In this document: positions 48,746 through 60,840 of the stretch, piece after piece | How positions within the stretch are numbered: the first letter of the stretch is position 1 | How the letters are laid out: every line of letters starts with the position of its first letter | Assembly: GCA_029263295.1 (NCBI GenBank) | Contig: JAJCXT010000108.1 | Span: 2,724-66,723, forward strand | From: Acidobacteriota bacterium | Lineage (GTDB): Bacteria; Acidobacteriota; UBA890; WLXD01 | Length of the DNA: 64,000 bases | Direction of reading: 5' to 3' | Position numbers and translations under genes: made by a program | Notes under the pieces: model-generated | What the model was told of the DNA's origin: nothing | The model's database searches: none | What the model saw: the letters and a program-made list of their open reading frames with translations, nothing else

Positions 48746-51433
48746 TCACTCCGCCCGCAGCGCCTCGACCGGATCGACTCGCTGGGCGCGGCGTCCAGGG
48801 AGGACACAGGCGACCACTGCGATCGCTGCCAGCAGAACAGCTACCGCTGCGTAGGTGAGCGGGTCACGCACTGCCACCCCGAACACGAAGCCGCTGAGGA
48901 CACCGGCGCCGGCGAGGGTTATCGAAAGCCCCGCCGTCACGCCGAGCAGTACCGGCATCATGCCGCGGACCATGACGGTGCGCATGATGTCGGCGCCGCG
49001 CGCCCCGAGCGAGACGCGGACTCCGATTTCTCGTGTTCTGCCGGCGGTCGCGTAGGCGACCACGCTGTACACGCCGAATGCGGCGAGAAGCGTGGCGATC
49101 AGAGCGAAGGCCCCAAACAATCCGCTCACGCGCCTTTCGCCACCCCCGCTGCCGCCACCGACGGCTTCCATCGTCGTGACGGTATGGAACGGCAAGGCGC
49201 TGTCGAGACCACGCACAGCGACGCCGACGGCGCTGATCACGTCGTCGGTCGGTAGTTCGCTTCGCACCAGAAGGAACCCGCTCGCGCTTCCGTTCTGCGC
49301 CATGGAACCGTAGATGCTGGGCTCCTCCTCCGAAGTCAGACTCGACCGTCGAACATTGCCAGCGACGCCAACGACCGTGTACCAGTAGCGACAGTCCTCG
49401 GCGACTCGATCGAAACAGAGTCTCTCGCCTACCGGGCTGCGATCGGGGAAGTACAGATCGGCCAGCGCCCGGTTGACGATCGCAACTGGCTCCCCGTCGA
49501 GTTCCGCGCGTTCGAAGTCACGACCCTCTCGAATCGGCACGCGCATGGTGGCGAACAGTTCACGCGAGATCTCATCATGTCTCACGCCGACGCCGAACTC
49601 GTCGGGCGCCCAGCTTTCGGCACGAAAGTCGCTGCTCCAGCGTTGGTTGACGAATGGCAGGCGAGTGCTCATGCCGGCGCCGTCGATTCCTGGCAACTGC
49701 CGCAGCGAGGTCAGAAGTTCGTCAAAAAACGCTGCGCGCGACTCGCCGTCGACGTAGCCTGTGCGAGGCAACGAAAGGCCGAACACGGTTGTATCGTCGA
49801 CTTCGAAGCCCGGCTCGACGTGCGCGATCTCATCGAGTGTGCGGACCATCAGAGTCGCTGCAATCGCTACCGGGAGCACCAGCGCGACCTCTGCCGCGAC
49901 CAACAGAGCAGCGACGCGACGCGTGGAGCTACCGGCGGTCCCGCGCGTGGCGCCGCCAAGGTCAACGCCAGGCTCGCTACTCGTCGCTCTTAGTGCAGGC
50001 GCAAGGCCGAAGGCGATCCCGGTAACCAGGGCAGCGGCGAGGGCGAAGCCCAGCACGCGCCAGTCGAGCCCCACTCCCTGCATCCTCGGAAAGTCGGCGG
50101 GCAGGAGCCCGACGACGGCGCGCACACCAACCAGCGCGAGCGCGAGACCCGCCGCGCCACCTGCCGCGGCTAGCACCAGGCTCTCGATCAACGACTGGCG
50201 AATGAGCCTCAACCGCTGCGCGCCCAGGGCGCCCCGCAGCGCCATCTCCGCGCGCCGGTCTGTTGCTCGTGCCAGCTGCATACTCGCGACGTTGGCGCAC
50301 GCGATGAGCAGCACGAAGCCCACCGCAAGGAACAGCATGCCGAGCGGCGTTCGGGTGTCGCCCACTATCCAGTCGTGCAGCGGGATCGCACCGTTGCCCA
50401 TCGCCATGTTGGTGTCCGGGTACTCCCCCTGCAGCTGCGTGGCGATGGTAGCGAGTTCGCTTACCGCCGCCTGACGACTGGTCCCCTCGCTCAGTCGTGC
50501 GATCGCGCGCATCCCGTGCGCTCGGCGAAAGAAGGTCGCTGTTCGATTGGCCGGGTCCCATCCCAGGGGAGCCCAGGCGTCGACCGCGGCAAACGGGAAC
50601 TGCATCTCCGGAGCCGCGACCCCGACAACCGTGTACGGCTCCGCGTCGAGTGCTAGCGTGCGCCCGATGATCGCTTCGTCACCGCCTTGCTGTAACCAGT
50701 AGGCGTGGCTGAGCACGATCTTGCGTTCCTCGCCGGCCCACTCGTCACCGGCGTCGAAGCCGGTGCCCAGAATCAGTCCACTCCCGAGAACCCGAAAGAA
50801 GTTGCCGGTCACTTCGTTGACGTTCACTACCGTGGGTTCGCCCGCCACGAGGGTCGTGCGTTCGACCAGCCAGTCGTTGTGCGCCGCGATGTCGGTGAAT
50901 GTCTCCGCGCGATCGCGCCAATCGAGATAGTTGGCCGCTGCCACCTGGGCGCGATCCCAGCCGCGCTCCGGGTTGGTCTCGAAGAGCGCCATGAGCCGAT
51001 CCGGCTCGTGGAACGGCAGCGGCTTGAGCAGCACCGCGTCGATGACTGAGAACATCGCGGCGGTTGCGCCGATACCCACGGCCAAGACGATGATGGCCGC
51101 GAAGGCGAAGCCTGGAGCCGAACGCAGCGTGCGCACGGCGAACCGCAAGTCCTGAAGGATCGATTCCATGGCAGTAAGCAGCCTGTCGTAGGGAGATTCG
51201 GGCGCGGGTGGTTGGAACATCGAAGGCACCGGCTGGCCACCGCGACGAGCGCGGAAGCCGGAGACGGCCGCGTCTGTTATTTCGGACCAGCAAAGGCGTA
51301 CAACAGCACTCAGCCCGTGTGCCCGCGCGGCGGATAGTCGAATGTGGAAGACATCCTGGATTTCGTGGAGGTACTCGCGGCGCAACGAAGCCGGGTAGGC
51401 GAATAGCAGCAGCCTGTGCATGGCCCGGACCAT
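48746..51433 (-). CDS. ADOP-type ABC permease #3
   Basis: QDLRFAVRTL, LAVGIGATAAMFS, IACANVA, DPVEALRAE. Confidence 0.92.
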   Translation of the reverse strand: MVRAMHRLLLFAYPASLRREYLHEIQDVFHIRLSAARAHGLSAVVRLCWSEITDAAVSGFRARRGGQPVPSMFQPPAPESPYDRLLTAMESILQDLRFAVRTLRSAPGFAFAAIIVLAVGIGATAAMFSVIDAVLLKPLPFHEPDRLMALFETNPERGWDRAQVAAANYLDWRDRAETFTDIAAHNDWLVERTTLVAGEPTVVNVNEVTGNFFRVLGSGLILGTGFDAGDEWAGEERKIVLSHAYWLQQGGDEAIIGRTLALDAEPYTVVGVAAPEMQFPFAAVDAWAPLGWDPANRTATFFRRAHGMRAIARLSEGTSRQAAVSELATIATQLQGEYPDTNMAMGNGAIPLHDWIVGDTRTPLGMLFLAVGFVLLIACANVASMQLARATDRRAEMALRGALGAQRLRLIRQSLIESLVLAAAGGAAGLALALVGVRAVVGLLPADFPRMQGVGLDWRVLGFALAAALVTGIAFGLAPALRATSSEPGVDLGGATRGTAGSSTRRVAALLVAAEVALVLPVAIAATLMVRTLDEIAHVEPGFEVDDTTVFGLSLPRTGYVDGESRAAFFDELLTSLRQLPGIDGAGMSTRLPFVNQRWSSDFRAESWAPDEFGVGVRHDEISRELFATMRVPIREGRDFERAELDGEPVAIVNRALADLYFPDRSPVGERLCFDRVAEDCRYWYTVVGVAGNVRRSSLTSEEEPSIYGSMAQNGSASGFLLVRSELPTDDVISAVGVAVRGLDSALPFHTVTTMEAVGGGSGGGERRVSGLFGAFALIATLLAAFGVYSVVAYATAGRTREIGVRVSLGARGADIMRTVMVRGMMPVLLGVTAGLSITLAGAGVLSGFVFGVAVRDPLTYAAVAVLLAAIAVVACVLPGRRAQRVDPVEALRAE

Positions 51434-51434
51434 C

Positions 51435-51821
51435 TCAGTCGTGTCCGCCCGAGGCGGCCTCGGGGGCCACGTCGCTAGGAAGCAGCAACTTGAGTCGGGC
51501 GTCGCTGACGCGCGCGGCGAGGCGCTCTGCCTCTGCCGCCGCCACCTCGCGTCCCAGTCGCGTCAACCCGTAGGTTCTACCTCTGGACGCCTTCGCGCCG
51601 TTCTCCTCGGCCGCCGCGAGCAGTCCATTCTTCTGCAGTCGTTGAATGGCCAGGTAAAGCGTGCCGGTGCTCGAGCGCAACGGCTCGCCACTGCGCTCCT
51701 CCACTTCCTTGATGATTCCGTAGCCATGCCGGGCCCCGTCGGCGAGGGACAGCAGGATCTCGAACGACAGTGGCGTCAGTGGCAGGAAGTCTGCGGGGAC
51801 TGCGTGGTTGGCGGAGCTCAT
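51435..51821 (-). CDS. PadR-family regulator #3
   Basis: EILLSLADGARHGYGI, GTLYLAIQRL, YGLTRLG. Confidence 0.92.
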   Translation of the reverse strand: MSSANHAVPADFLPLTPLSFEILLSLADGARHGYGIIKEVEERSGEPLRSSTGTLYLAIQRLQKNGLLAAAEENGAKASRGRTYGLTRLGREVAAAEAERLAARVSDARLKLLLPSDVAPEAASGGHD

Positions 51822-51844
51822 GGCGGGACCTTCCGAAGGGAAAC

Positions 51845-51876
51845 AGGTTGAATATCAATATGTTGAAATTCAACCT
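51845..51876. promoter_or_regulatory. Candidate double operator of padR #3
   Basis: AGGTTGAAT...ATTCAACCT outer inverted repeat; GTTGA-ATA-TCAAT 51847-51859 and GTTGA-AAT-TCAAC 51862-51874. Confidence 0.72.
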
Positions 51877-51934
51877 ATTCCAGATCCCTCTACCGCGTCA
51901 AGTCCGCAGCAGGAGGCGCAGCGCGGCTCCTCTG

Positions 51935-52010
51935 CAGACAATCTACAAGAAAATGACCCTTCCCCTTGACAATCTACAAGAACCCGCCACACTCTTGTAG
52001 ACGATCTAGG
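51935..52010. promoter_or_regulatory. Candidate triple operator and promoter of padR #4
   Basis: GACAATCTACAAGAA at 51937-51951 and 51968-51982; inverted TCTTGTAGA 51993-52001; TAGA-CGA-TCTA 51998-52008; TTGACA 51966-51971. Confidence 0.72.
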
Positions 52011-52075
52011 GAAGAATGTGCTTTCCTTACTCGACCAACGAATCCCCACTGTCACCATCACGCCACGAGGCACCC

Positions 52076-52408
52076 ATGACCAAGGCCAACGTCGACCTGC
52101 TTCAGGGAACCCTGGACATGCTCGTTCTCAAGACTCTGCAGCTCGAGGCCCAGCATGGCTGGGGAATCTCGCAGCGTATCCAGCAGATGTCCAAGGACGT
52201 GCTGCAGGTCAACCAAGGCTCGTTGTACCCGGCGCTGCATCGACTGCAGCGGCAAGGGCTCATCGGGGCCGAATGGGGAACGTCGGAGAACAACCGACGC
52301 GCGAAGTACTACAGCCTGACCGCCAAGGGTCGAACCCAGCTCACCGCTGAAAGGGCGAACTGGGAGCGCTTGTCCGCGGCGGTCACCGACATCCTGCAAA
52401 CCGTCTAG
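52076..52408 (+). CDS. PadR-family regulator #4 (acidobacterial type)
   Basis: [51 protein letters not shown]. Confidence 0.94.
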   Translation: MTKANVDLLQGTLDMLVLKTLQLEAQHGWGISQRIQQMSKDVLQVNQGSLYPALHRLQRQGLIGAEWGTSENNRRAKYYSLTAKGRTQLTAERANWERLSAAVTDILQTV

Positions 52409-52418
52409 AGGCACTGCC

Positions 52419-55073
52419 GTGAGCACGGGGAGCTGGAAGAACTGGTTGACGCGCCTGCGCGGCGAAGGTCGCCCCGGTGCCGACCGCGAACTCGAGGACG
52501 AGGTCGCGTTCCACCTGGAAATGGAAACCAGGAAGTACGTCGAGCAGGGCTACGAACAAGATGAGGCGGAGCGACGCGCGCGCATGGACTTCGGCGCAAT
52601 CCAGAAACACAAGGAATCGTGCCGTGATGAACGACAGGGAAATCACTTCGACATGTTGATGCAAGACGTCCGCTACGCCCTCCGCACACTGGGCAAAAAC
52701 TGGGGATTCGCCACTGCGGCGATTCTGACGCTGGCGCTGGGAATCGGCGCCAACACCGCCATTTTCAGCGTCATCTACGGGGTTCTCGTGCGGCCGCTGC
52801 CCTACGAGAACGGCTCGCGTCTGGTGCTGCTAAAACCGGAGATCGCTGGCACCGGCGCGGTCCAGACCTCGATTCCGGAGCTATACGATCTGCGCGAGCA
52901 GACGTCGACGCTCGACGAACTCGTCGAGTACCACAGCATGTTCTTCGTGCTCCTGGGCCGCGACGAACCGGAGCGTGTTCAGACCGGCGTCGTCTCGGAT
53001 AACTTCTTCGACACCCTGGGCGTCGCACCACTGCATGGTCGAACGTTCGTCGAAGGTGAGGACGCCCTCGATTCCGACGCAGTGCTCGTCTTGACCTACG
53101 ACTACTGGCAACGCGCTTTCGGCGGTGACCCCGACGTCGTCGGCCAGGTCTTCGAGATGAACACCCGGCCACACACGGTCGTCGGAATCCTCCCGCAGAT
53201 TCCGCAGTTTCCCGTCACCGTGGACGTGTACATGCCAACCTCGGCCTGTCCGTTCCGGGCGAACGCCGAGCGCAACATGGCCGGCGACCGCAGTGCTTTT
53301 CGCAATCTCTTCGTCTTCGGGCGACTCGCAGAAGACGGCTCGGCAGCGACCGCAAACGCGGAAATATCCAACCTCGCGCAACGCTTCGCGGACGAGTATC
53401 CCGATGACTACACCGACGAAGTCGGCTACCGGGCGGGCGTCGTCGACCTCAAAGAGGAACTCACCCGCAACGCCCGGCCTGTGCTTCTCATGCTCGTGGC
53501 GACCGCAGGACTCGTGCTCCTGATCGCCTGTGCCAATGTAGCGAACTTGAGCCTCGCCCGCGTGATGAGCCGCGAGTCCGAAGTGGCCGTACGCGCGGCG
53601 CTGGGAGCCAGCCGCGCACGCCTCATCCGCCAGTTCCTGACCGAGAGCACGGTTCTCGCGCTGCTCGGAGGAGCCCTGGGCCTGGTATTTGCCTACGCAG
53701 GACTCGACATGCTGGTCAACTTCGCGGCGGGCTACACGCCGCGAGCGCCGCAAGTGAACATCGACGGCTGGGTGTTGCTGTTCACCCTTCTCGTGTCCGT
53801 AGGCACAGGATTGGTGTTCGGCACCTTCCCCGCGCTACCGGGTACGCGCGACCTGGGAAGCGCGATCAAGGAAGGCGGGCGAACCACGGCTGCTGGCGGC
53901 CTGCGTTTGCGCCGGGCGCTGATCGTATTGCAGGTGGCGCTATCGTTCGTCTTGTTGGTCGGCGCGGGGCTAACGCTTCGCAGCCTGTCGGCACTGCAGG
54001 CGATCGACCCGGGCTTCGAGACAGAGCAGGTTCTCACCGCCCGAATTTCGATCGACTTCACTGCCTATAATGACGGGGTCGACCGGCACGCCTTCCTCGG
54101 AGAGTTAGCGCGAGTAGTGGGGGGTCTGCCGATCGCTCGCAACGCCGCGCTGACCGACCGGCCGCCATATCGGGCCAACAACCCGCGCTTCGGCCAGTTC
54201 ATCATCGACGGTCGCGCGGTCGAGGAGACGGCAACTCCGCCTCGGTTCCAGCGAACCGTCGTGACATCACAATACTTCGACGCCCTCGACATCCCGGTGT
54301 TGGACGGTCGTGCCTTCACGGACAACGACAGCACCGGCGAGGCCGCGGAGGTGGCCATCATCAACGAGAGTCTCGCGCAGGAGTATTGGTCCTCGGAGAA
54401 CGCGATCGGCTCGCGGATTTCGTTCGATCAAGGCGAGACGTGGATCAGCATCGTCGGCGTCGTCGGCAACACACGAGTGGACGGCCCGGAGACGCCCGTC
54501 ACGCCGGAATTCTACCGACCCTTCAACCAGGCCGGCATGCCCACCTGGCTGGTGGTGCGCACGGTAGGTGACCCCGACAGCGCCGCGCGGGCAATCAAGG
54601 ACGCAGCCTACTCGCTGGCTGCCAACCCGATTAGCGACATCCAGTCGTTGGCCACCCTGCGCGACGACGCCGTCGCCTCGCCGCGTCTTACAGCGTCGCT
54701 ACTAGGCGTGTTCGCACTGCTAGCGCTCGCCGTCACGCTTACGGGGATCGCGGGAGTGATGGCATTCGCCGTGTCGCAGCGAACCCGCGAGATGGGACTT
54801 CGGCTGGCACTCGGCGCGCAGCCGCGCGGCCTTCTCAACATGGTGGTGCGGCAGGGCATGGGCCAGGTCGTGGCCGGCTTGGCTCTCGGTGTCGCCGGCG
54901 CCTTCGCGTTCGGCCAGATTCTGACCGACTTGTTGTTCGAGGTGAACGCCAGCGATCCGGCTACCTTCGTAGCAGTGATCATCGTGCTCGCGGCGGCGGG
55001 CCTGGTCGCGGTGGTGATTCCGGCACGTCGCGCCGTCACCATCGACCCGGCAACAGCCTTGCGCTCAGACTGA
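52419..55073 (+). CDS. ADOP-type ABC permease #4
   Basis: Prefix ELEDEVAFHLEMET...ARMDFG; QDVRYALRTL, LALGIGANTAIFS, DPATALRSD. Confidence 0.94.
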   Translation: MSTGSWKNWLTRLRGEGRPGADRELEDEVAFHLEMETRKYVEQGYEQDEAERRARMDFGAIQKHKESCRDERQGNHFDMLMQDVRYALRTLGKNWGFATAAILTLALGIGANTAIFSVIYGVLVRPLPYENGSRLVLLKPEIAGTGAVQTSIPELYDLREQTSTLDELVEYHSMFFVLLGRDEPERVQTGVVSDNFFDTLGVAPLHGRTFVEGEDALDSDAVLVLTYDYWQRAFGGDPDVVGQVFEMNTRPHTVVGILPQIPQFPVTVDVYMPTSACPFRANAERNMAGDRSAFRNLFVFGRLAEDGSAATANAEISNLAQRFADEYPDDYTDEVGYRAGVVDLKEELTRNARPVLLMLVATAGLVLLIACANVANLSLARVMSRESEVAVRAALGASRARLIRQFLTESTVLALLGGALGLVFAYAGLDMLVNFAAGYTPRAPQVNIDGWVLLFTLLVSVGTGLVFGTFPALPGTRDLGSAIKEGGRTTAAGGLRLRRALIVLQVALSFVLLVGAGLTLRSLSALQAIDPGFETEQVLTARISIDFTAYNDGVDRHAFLGELARVVGGLPIARNAALTDRPPYRANNPRFGQFIIDGRAVEETATPPRFQRTVVTSQYFDALDIPVLDGRAFTDNDSTGEAAEVAIINESLAQEYWSSENAIGSRISFDQGETWISIVGVVGNTRVDGPETPVTPEFYRPFNQAGMPTWLVVRTVGDPDSAARAIKDAAYSLAANPISDIQSLATLRDDAVASPRLTASLLGVFALLALAVTLTGIAGVMAFAVSQRTREMGLRLALGAQPRGLLNMVVRQGMGQVVAGLALGVAGAFAFGQILTDLLFEVNASDPATFVAVIIVLAAAGLVAVVIPARRAVTIDPATALRSD

Positions 55074-55085
55074 GTCGGCTGGCCG

Positions 55086-55505
55086 GTGGACCGCCCGAGA
55101 AAGCCTCATCTGCGGGCCGGACAGCGCCGCGCAGCGATCTTCGTGTGCGTGGCGCTGGCCGCGACGCTCGGCTACGCGCCGCTCAAGGCGGGAGCGGTTG
55201 CGGCGCTCCATGTCGGGGCGCGCGCCGGGTACGCGCTGACCCGGGGGGCGCCGGGGCTCGAATCGGAATCGTTGCGCCGGCAGACGGCGGCCGGTGCTGA
55301 TTGGCTGGAGGCGATGTCGACGCCACCGGAGGCGGATACCGCCTCCAGCCACTCAGGCGGCCTGTTCCAGCCAGCGTACACCCCGGCTGACGATCTGCGA
55401 CCCGAGAGATGGCGCGAGTGGCGCTTCGTGGACGGAGTCACGGGCGCCGCATTCCGCGAGTCGCTAACGCTGGTAGGTGACGCCGACCGCAATCGTCCGC
55501 GATAA
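55086..55505 (+). CDS. Possible hypothetical protein
   Basis: Fills the gap; hydrophobic N-terminal stretch; no motif; 3' end overlaps the TonB receptor gene, may be spurious. Confidence 0.3.
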   Translation: MDRPRKPHLRAGQRRAAIFVCVALAATLGYAPLKAGAVAALHVGARAGYALTRGAPGLESESLRRQTAAGADWLEAMSTPPEADTASSHSGGLFQPAYTPADDLRPERWREWRFVDGVTGAAFRESLTLVGDADRNRPR

Positions 55506-57758
55506 TCCGGGCCGCACGCCGGCGGGACGCCGCGCGGCCACGTGGGCGACATCGAAGACGTTCTGCAGCGTGGCGTTGAGCCGAGTGTCGGTGCCAAGGT
55601 TCCAGCCGGCGGTCAGATCGACCACGGCGAACGCCTCCGTTCCGGTGCCCAGTTCGATGGGCCCGCGGCCCGCCACGGTCCGCATCGCGCTACCGGCGGT
55701 CAGCGTCGCATACGCGTCCCAGGCAGATCCTTGCACGCCACCGGATATGTGCACCTGGTGCTCCGGTAGGTACGGGATCTCGTCGCCCGCTTCGACCTCG
55801 CCCCAGGGCTCGTAGTCGCTCTCGAAACTCGAGAGGAACTCGCCGCGAGTCCACGTGTATCCGAGTGATACCGGCACGCCCACAGAGGCCTGGGCCGGCG
55901 CGATGTTCCACGTGCCCGAGACCTCGGCGCCCCACACGCGAGCCTTGCCGCCGTTGAACTGATCGCCCGTGCCCTGGCCGCCGCCCGAGAGCGTGTCGTT
56001 CCCCAGCAAATTCACGTAGCCGTTGAAAAAACCGGCAGCGGAGAACGCCCCGCCGAGGCCACGGTAGCGGCCTCCCAACTCGTAGTTCACGCTGGTTTCC
56101 GCCTCGACTTCGGCAGCAGCGCCCGGTGCCGGCGGCGCGAACCCGCGGTGCACGCCGGCGAACAGCATCCCGTCATCGCCCACCCGGTAGTCGAGACCGA
56201 TGCCCGGCACCAGCACGTTGACGCGTGAATCGCGGACGCGACTGGCCGCGCTTCGATCCGGATCGTCCTTCTCATAGTCGGTTCGTGTCATACCAATCGT
56301 CTCGAAGCGCAGGCCCGGAGTGATCCCCAGTTTCCCGAGGACTGCGCGATCCTGAGCAAACAACGCCCATGCACGGGCATCGCTAACGCGATTGGATTGG
56401 CTGCCGGGGGCACCGACACTGGTGAGCAGTTTCTGGCCGCCGATCATCTGATAGCCGTCTTCCGACTGGAAGCGATCCTCCCGATCGACGTGGTAGCGCA
56501 CGCCGACTTCCAGATCGTGGCTAGTCGCCGCCCCGCCCGTATGCAGGCCGACGACGGTCTGGATCCCTTCCCCGAAGTAGCTGCGATTGTTGTGCCGCTG
56601 CTTGAGAGCGTCCGGCGTGCTCTCAGCGCCGCGCAGGATGGCCAGTTCGTCCGCGTACACGTCAGGGGTGTCGAGCACCGAACTCAGACTGGCCCCGGCC
56701 ACACTCTGTAACTTGTACCAGTCGCGCCGAAAGTCGTTGCGGTAAACCACCGTGGTGACGTCCACCGCCGCGCTGAGGACTCCGTAGTGACGAAGCTGGA
56801 CCTGGCTGTGTTCCAGGTCGATCTGGTCGTGCTGCGAAGCGGCGTAGCGCCGGTTGGGCTGGGCGGCGAAGTCGAGATCGGTAAGGCCGAGATAGGTCTC
56901 GTCGCTGACCTGATCCGTGTAGCCCACCTTCGCCTCGATCTCATGGAACGAAGTGCCCCGTCCGACGCTGCGATAGCGCATCTTGCCGAGGTAGTCGCTC
57001 AGGCGAAAGCCGGCGTCGCCGCCGCCGTCAACCTGTTTGAAACCGTCGGTGCGAATCTGGTAAGTCTCCAACATCCAGCCCCAGCGACCCGAGTTGCCTC
57101 CGACCGTGAGACGGCCGCGCGCTGTCGCGTTGTTGCCACCGCCGACATTGGCGAGCAAATCGAGATTGGCGTCAGGAACACGCGTCGAGACCAGGTTCAG
57201 CGCGCCGCCGTTGGTGCGCGGTCCGAACTTGATCTGGCTGCTCCCCTTGCGAACCTCCACGGCTTCCATCCGCGCGGCCGTCGGGAAGTAGTAGGCCGAC
57301 GGCGCCGCGTACGGCGCGGGCGAGATCAGCACCCCATCTTCCATCAGCGTGATGTTGGCCGAGCGCTCGCCGCCCGATCCGCGCATGCCGATGTTGGGCC
57401 GCAGTCCGTAGCCATCCTCCTCCTGGATGTTCACTCCCGGAACCGAGCGCAGGATCCGGTGGATATCGGCAAATCCCGCCTGCGCACGAAGCAGTTCGGC
57501 GCCTTCCAGTCGGTCGGCGGAGCCGCCGATGAGTTCGAGGTTCTCGGCGCTGCCGACGACCATGATCATCTCGTCAACGCGCGCCGTGGAGGGCTTCTCG
57601 CCGGACTGCCCCTCCCTGGCTTGCGGCGGTTCAGACTCCTGCTTCGCAGGCTCCTCCGTCCGTGCAGGTTGCTCCTGCGCAGCGGTGGGAAACGCGATGG
57701 CGGCGGCAAGAAGCGTGTACGAGACACCGCGCGGAATGACCGTCCTCAGCCTGAACAT
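55464..57758 (-). CDS. TonB-dependent receptor, FecA-like
   Basis: Plug VPGVNIQEEDGYGLRPNIGMRG, LMEDGVLISPAPY, IKFGPRTNGGALN; barrel ending RPGLSRTIAVGVTYQR. Confidence 0.88.
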   Translation of the reverse strand: MFRLRTVIPRGVSYTLLAAAIAFPTAAQEQPARTEEPAKQESEPPQAREGQSGEKPSTARVDEMIMVVGSAENLELIGGSADRLEGAELLRAQAGFADIHRILRSVPGVNIQEEDGYGLRPNIGMRGSGGERSANITLMEDGVLISPAPYAAPSAYYFPTAARMEAVEVRKGSSQIKFGPRTNGGALNLVSTRVPDANLDLLANVGGGNNATARGRLTVGGNSGRWGWMLETYQIRTDGFKQVDGGGDAGFRLSDYLGKMRYRSVGRGTSFHEIEAKVGYTDQVSDETYLGLTDLDFAAQPNRRYAASQHDQIDLEHSQVQLRHYGVLSAAVDVTTVVYRNDFRRDWYKLQSVAGASLSSVLDTPDVYADELAILRGAESTPDALKQRHNNRSYFGEGIQTVVGLHTGGAATSHDLEVGVRYHVDREDRFQSEDGYQMIGGQKLLTSVGAPGSQSNRVSDARAWALFAQDRAVLGKLGITPGLRFETIGMTRTDYEKDDPDRSAASRVRDSRVNVLVPGIGLDYRVGDDGMLFAGVHRGFAPPAPGAAAEVEAETSVNYELGGRYRGLGGAFSAAGFFNGYVNLLGNDTLSGGGQGTGDQFNGGKARVWGAEVSGTWNIAPAQASVGVPVSLGYTWTRGEFLSSFESDYEPWGEVEAGDEIPYLPEHQVHISGGVQGSAWDAYATLTAGSAMRTVAGRGPIELGTGTEAFAVVDLTAGWNLGTDTRLNATLQNVFDVAHVAARRPAGVRPGLSRTIAVGVTYQR

Positions 57759-57810
57759 CGTGGAATCCTCAGCGTGTACTCGGAAGTTGGCGTCTCTTCG
57801 TCGGGCGCTT

Positions 57811-57829
57811 ATTGAGACTGCGTCTCAGT
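57811..57829. promoter_or_regulatory. Fur-box-like site
   Basis: ATTGAGACTGCGTCTCAGT, near 7-1-7 inverted repeat, 53 bp upstream of the receptor start. Confidence 0.6.
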
Positions 57830-57987
57830 TGCAATATCGACTGTAGCCCATTCACGCCGGACCCGAGCTGACTTCCGGGCTCACCTGTCATGCAGCTGTC
57901 ACATCGAGGTCCACGCCGGGTTTCGAGGCTACGTCCTCGGCGTTTCTTCAGGGTCCTCGGGGGCTGCGCGGGAGGTCGGCTGGACGG

Positions 57988-59745
<1,758 letters not shown>

Positions 59746-59864
59746 GCGGTCCTCTCGTGCGGGGCCGGTCGGGGTTCCGACGTCGGCCGAATCTATTCAA
59801 CCGGCGCCTGAGACTCAAACCGCTGACTTTCCCTCCGGACACAGTGTGCTCCGGCGCCGTGGAC

Positions 59865-60677
59865 TCAGAGGTGGCGCAGAAAGGCTTCCGGGCGGTTGAG
59901 GAAATCGCGGGTCAGGGTCACATGCTCGAGGTCGTCGTATCCGACCTCGCCTATCGGCGCCTGATCGAAGCTCAGGATGCGAGCGCCCGACGCCGCCATG
60001 AGAATCGGCGAATGCGTGCAGACGATGAACTGGCAGTCGCGCTCTGCCGCTGCCGTCATCAGGACCGACAGCAGCGTCAGTTGCCTCATCGGTGAGAGGG
60101 GCGCCTCTGGCTCGTCGAGGAGGTACAAACCACCCGGCGCCAGTCGCTGCTCGAAGAAGTTGAGAAACTGCTCGCCGTGCGAGCCGGCATCAGGATCCGC
60201 GCCATACCGGCGGCGCAGTTCGGCGATCGACTTTGTGTAGGGAGCACAGCGCCGGGCGAGCTCGACCTCCGGAAGATCGGCATGTTCGGTTCGCACGCGG
60301 TGAACCTCCGCCTCGAGTTCCGCGATCTCCTCCTTCGTGCGGTTGACGAAGCCGAAGAAGTCCTCAGCGCGCAGGAAGAAGCCGCGCCGGGTTCGCCGGG
60401 TCCAGATCAGGCGCATCGCTTCACCCAGTGGTCGCACGTGGCGCAGGGAGGCGTCGAGGTCGATCGACTCGCTACCGGCTGCCACCGACTCCGTGGCCCA
60501 GGCCAGCGCCTCGAGGAAGGTGGACTTCCCGGAACCGTTCTCGCCGACCAGAAAAGTGATGGGTGTTGTCAGGGCGACGCAATCGAGCTCGCGCAAGGTC
60601 GGAACGTGGAACGGGTACACGTCGGCCGGACTGTTCTCATGCTCGATGCGAACTTCGCGAAGATGAATCGTCGGCAC
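59865..60677 (-). CDS. Stand-alone ABC-like AAA ATPase (COG3910-like)
   Basis: GENGSGKST, LRAEDFF, SHGEQF, LYLLDEPEAPLSP, FIVCTHSPIL. Confidence 0.85.
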   Translation of the reverse strand: MPTIHLREVRIEHENSPADVYPFHVPTLRELDCVALTTPITFLVGENGSGKSTFLEALAWATESVAAGSESIDLDASLRHVRPLGEAMRLIWTRRTRRGFFLRAEDFFGFVNRTKEEIAELEAEVHRVRTEHADLPEVELARRCAPYTKSIAELRRRYGADPDAGSHGEQFLNFFEQRLAPGGLYLLDEPEAPLSPMRQLTLLSVLMTAAAERDCQFIVCTHSPILMAASGARILSFDQAPIGEVGYDDLEHVTLTRDFLNRPEAFLRHL

Positions 60678-60817
60678 TCACTCTCTCCCCTACTGCAGGA
60701 TCGCCTCAGCACTGTGGCGGAGCATTATGGCTGCTGGCGTCGCCAGAGGCTCGTGGCTCACGCGGAATACCTGGCGTCCTTGCAGCCGACCAACGTCAAG
60801 CCCTATAGTGGTCGCTG

Positions 60818-60840
60818 TTTACTTAACTGAGTTAACTAAA
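60818..60840. promoter_or_regulatory. Candidate operator of padR #5
   Basis: TTTA-C-TTAAC-TGA-GTTAA-C-TAAA, ending at the first ATG (60840). Confidence 0.7.

Noticed and set aside
51935-52010. Regularly spaced 15-bp repeats as a mini-CRISPR
   Set aside because: Too short, only two direct copies, no cas genes; position fits operators
59865-60677. ATPase divergent from padR #5 as the missing ADOP ATPase
   Set aside because: It has the SHGE and DEPE signature of stand-alone COG3910-like proteins, not the LSGG signature of MacB/LolD
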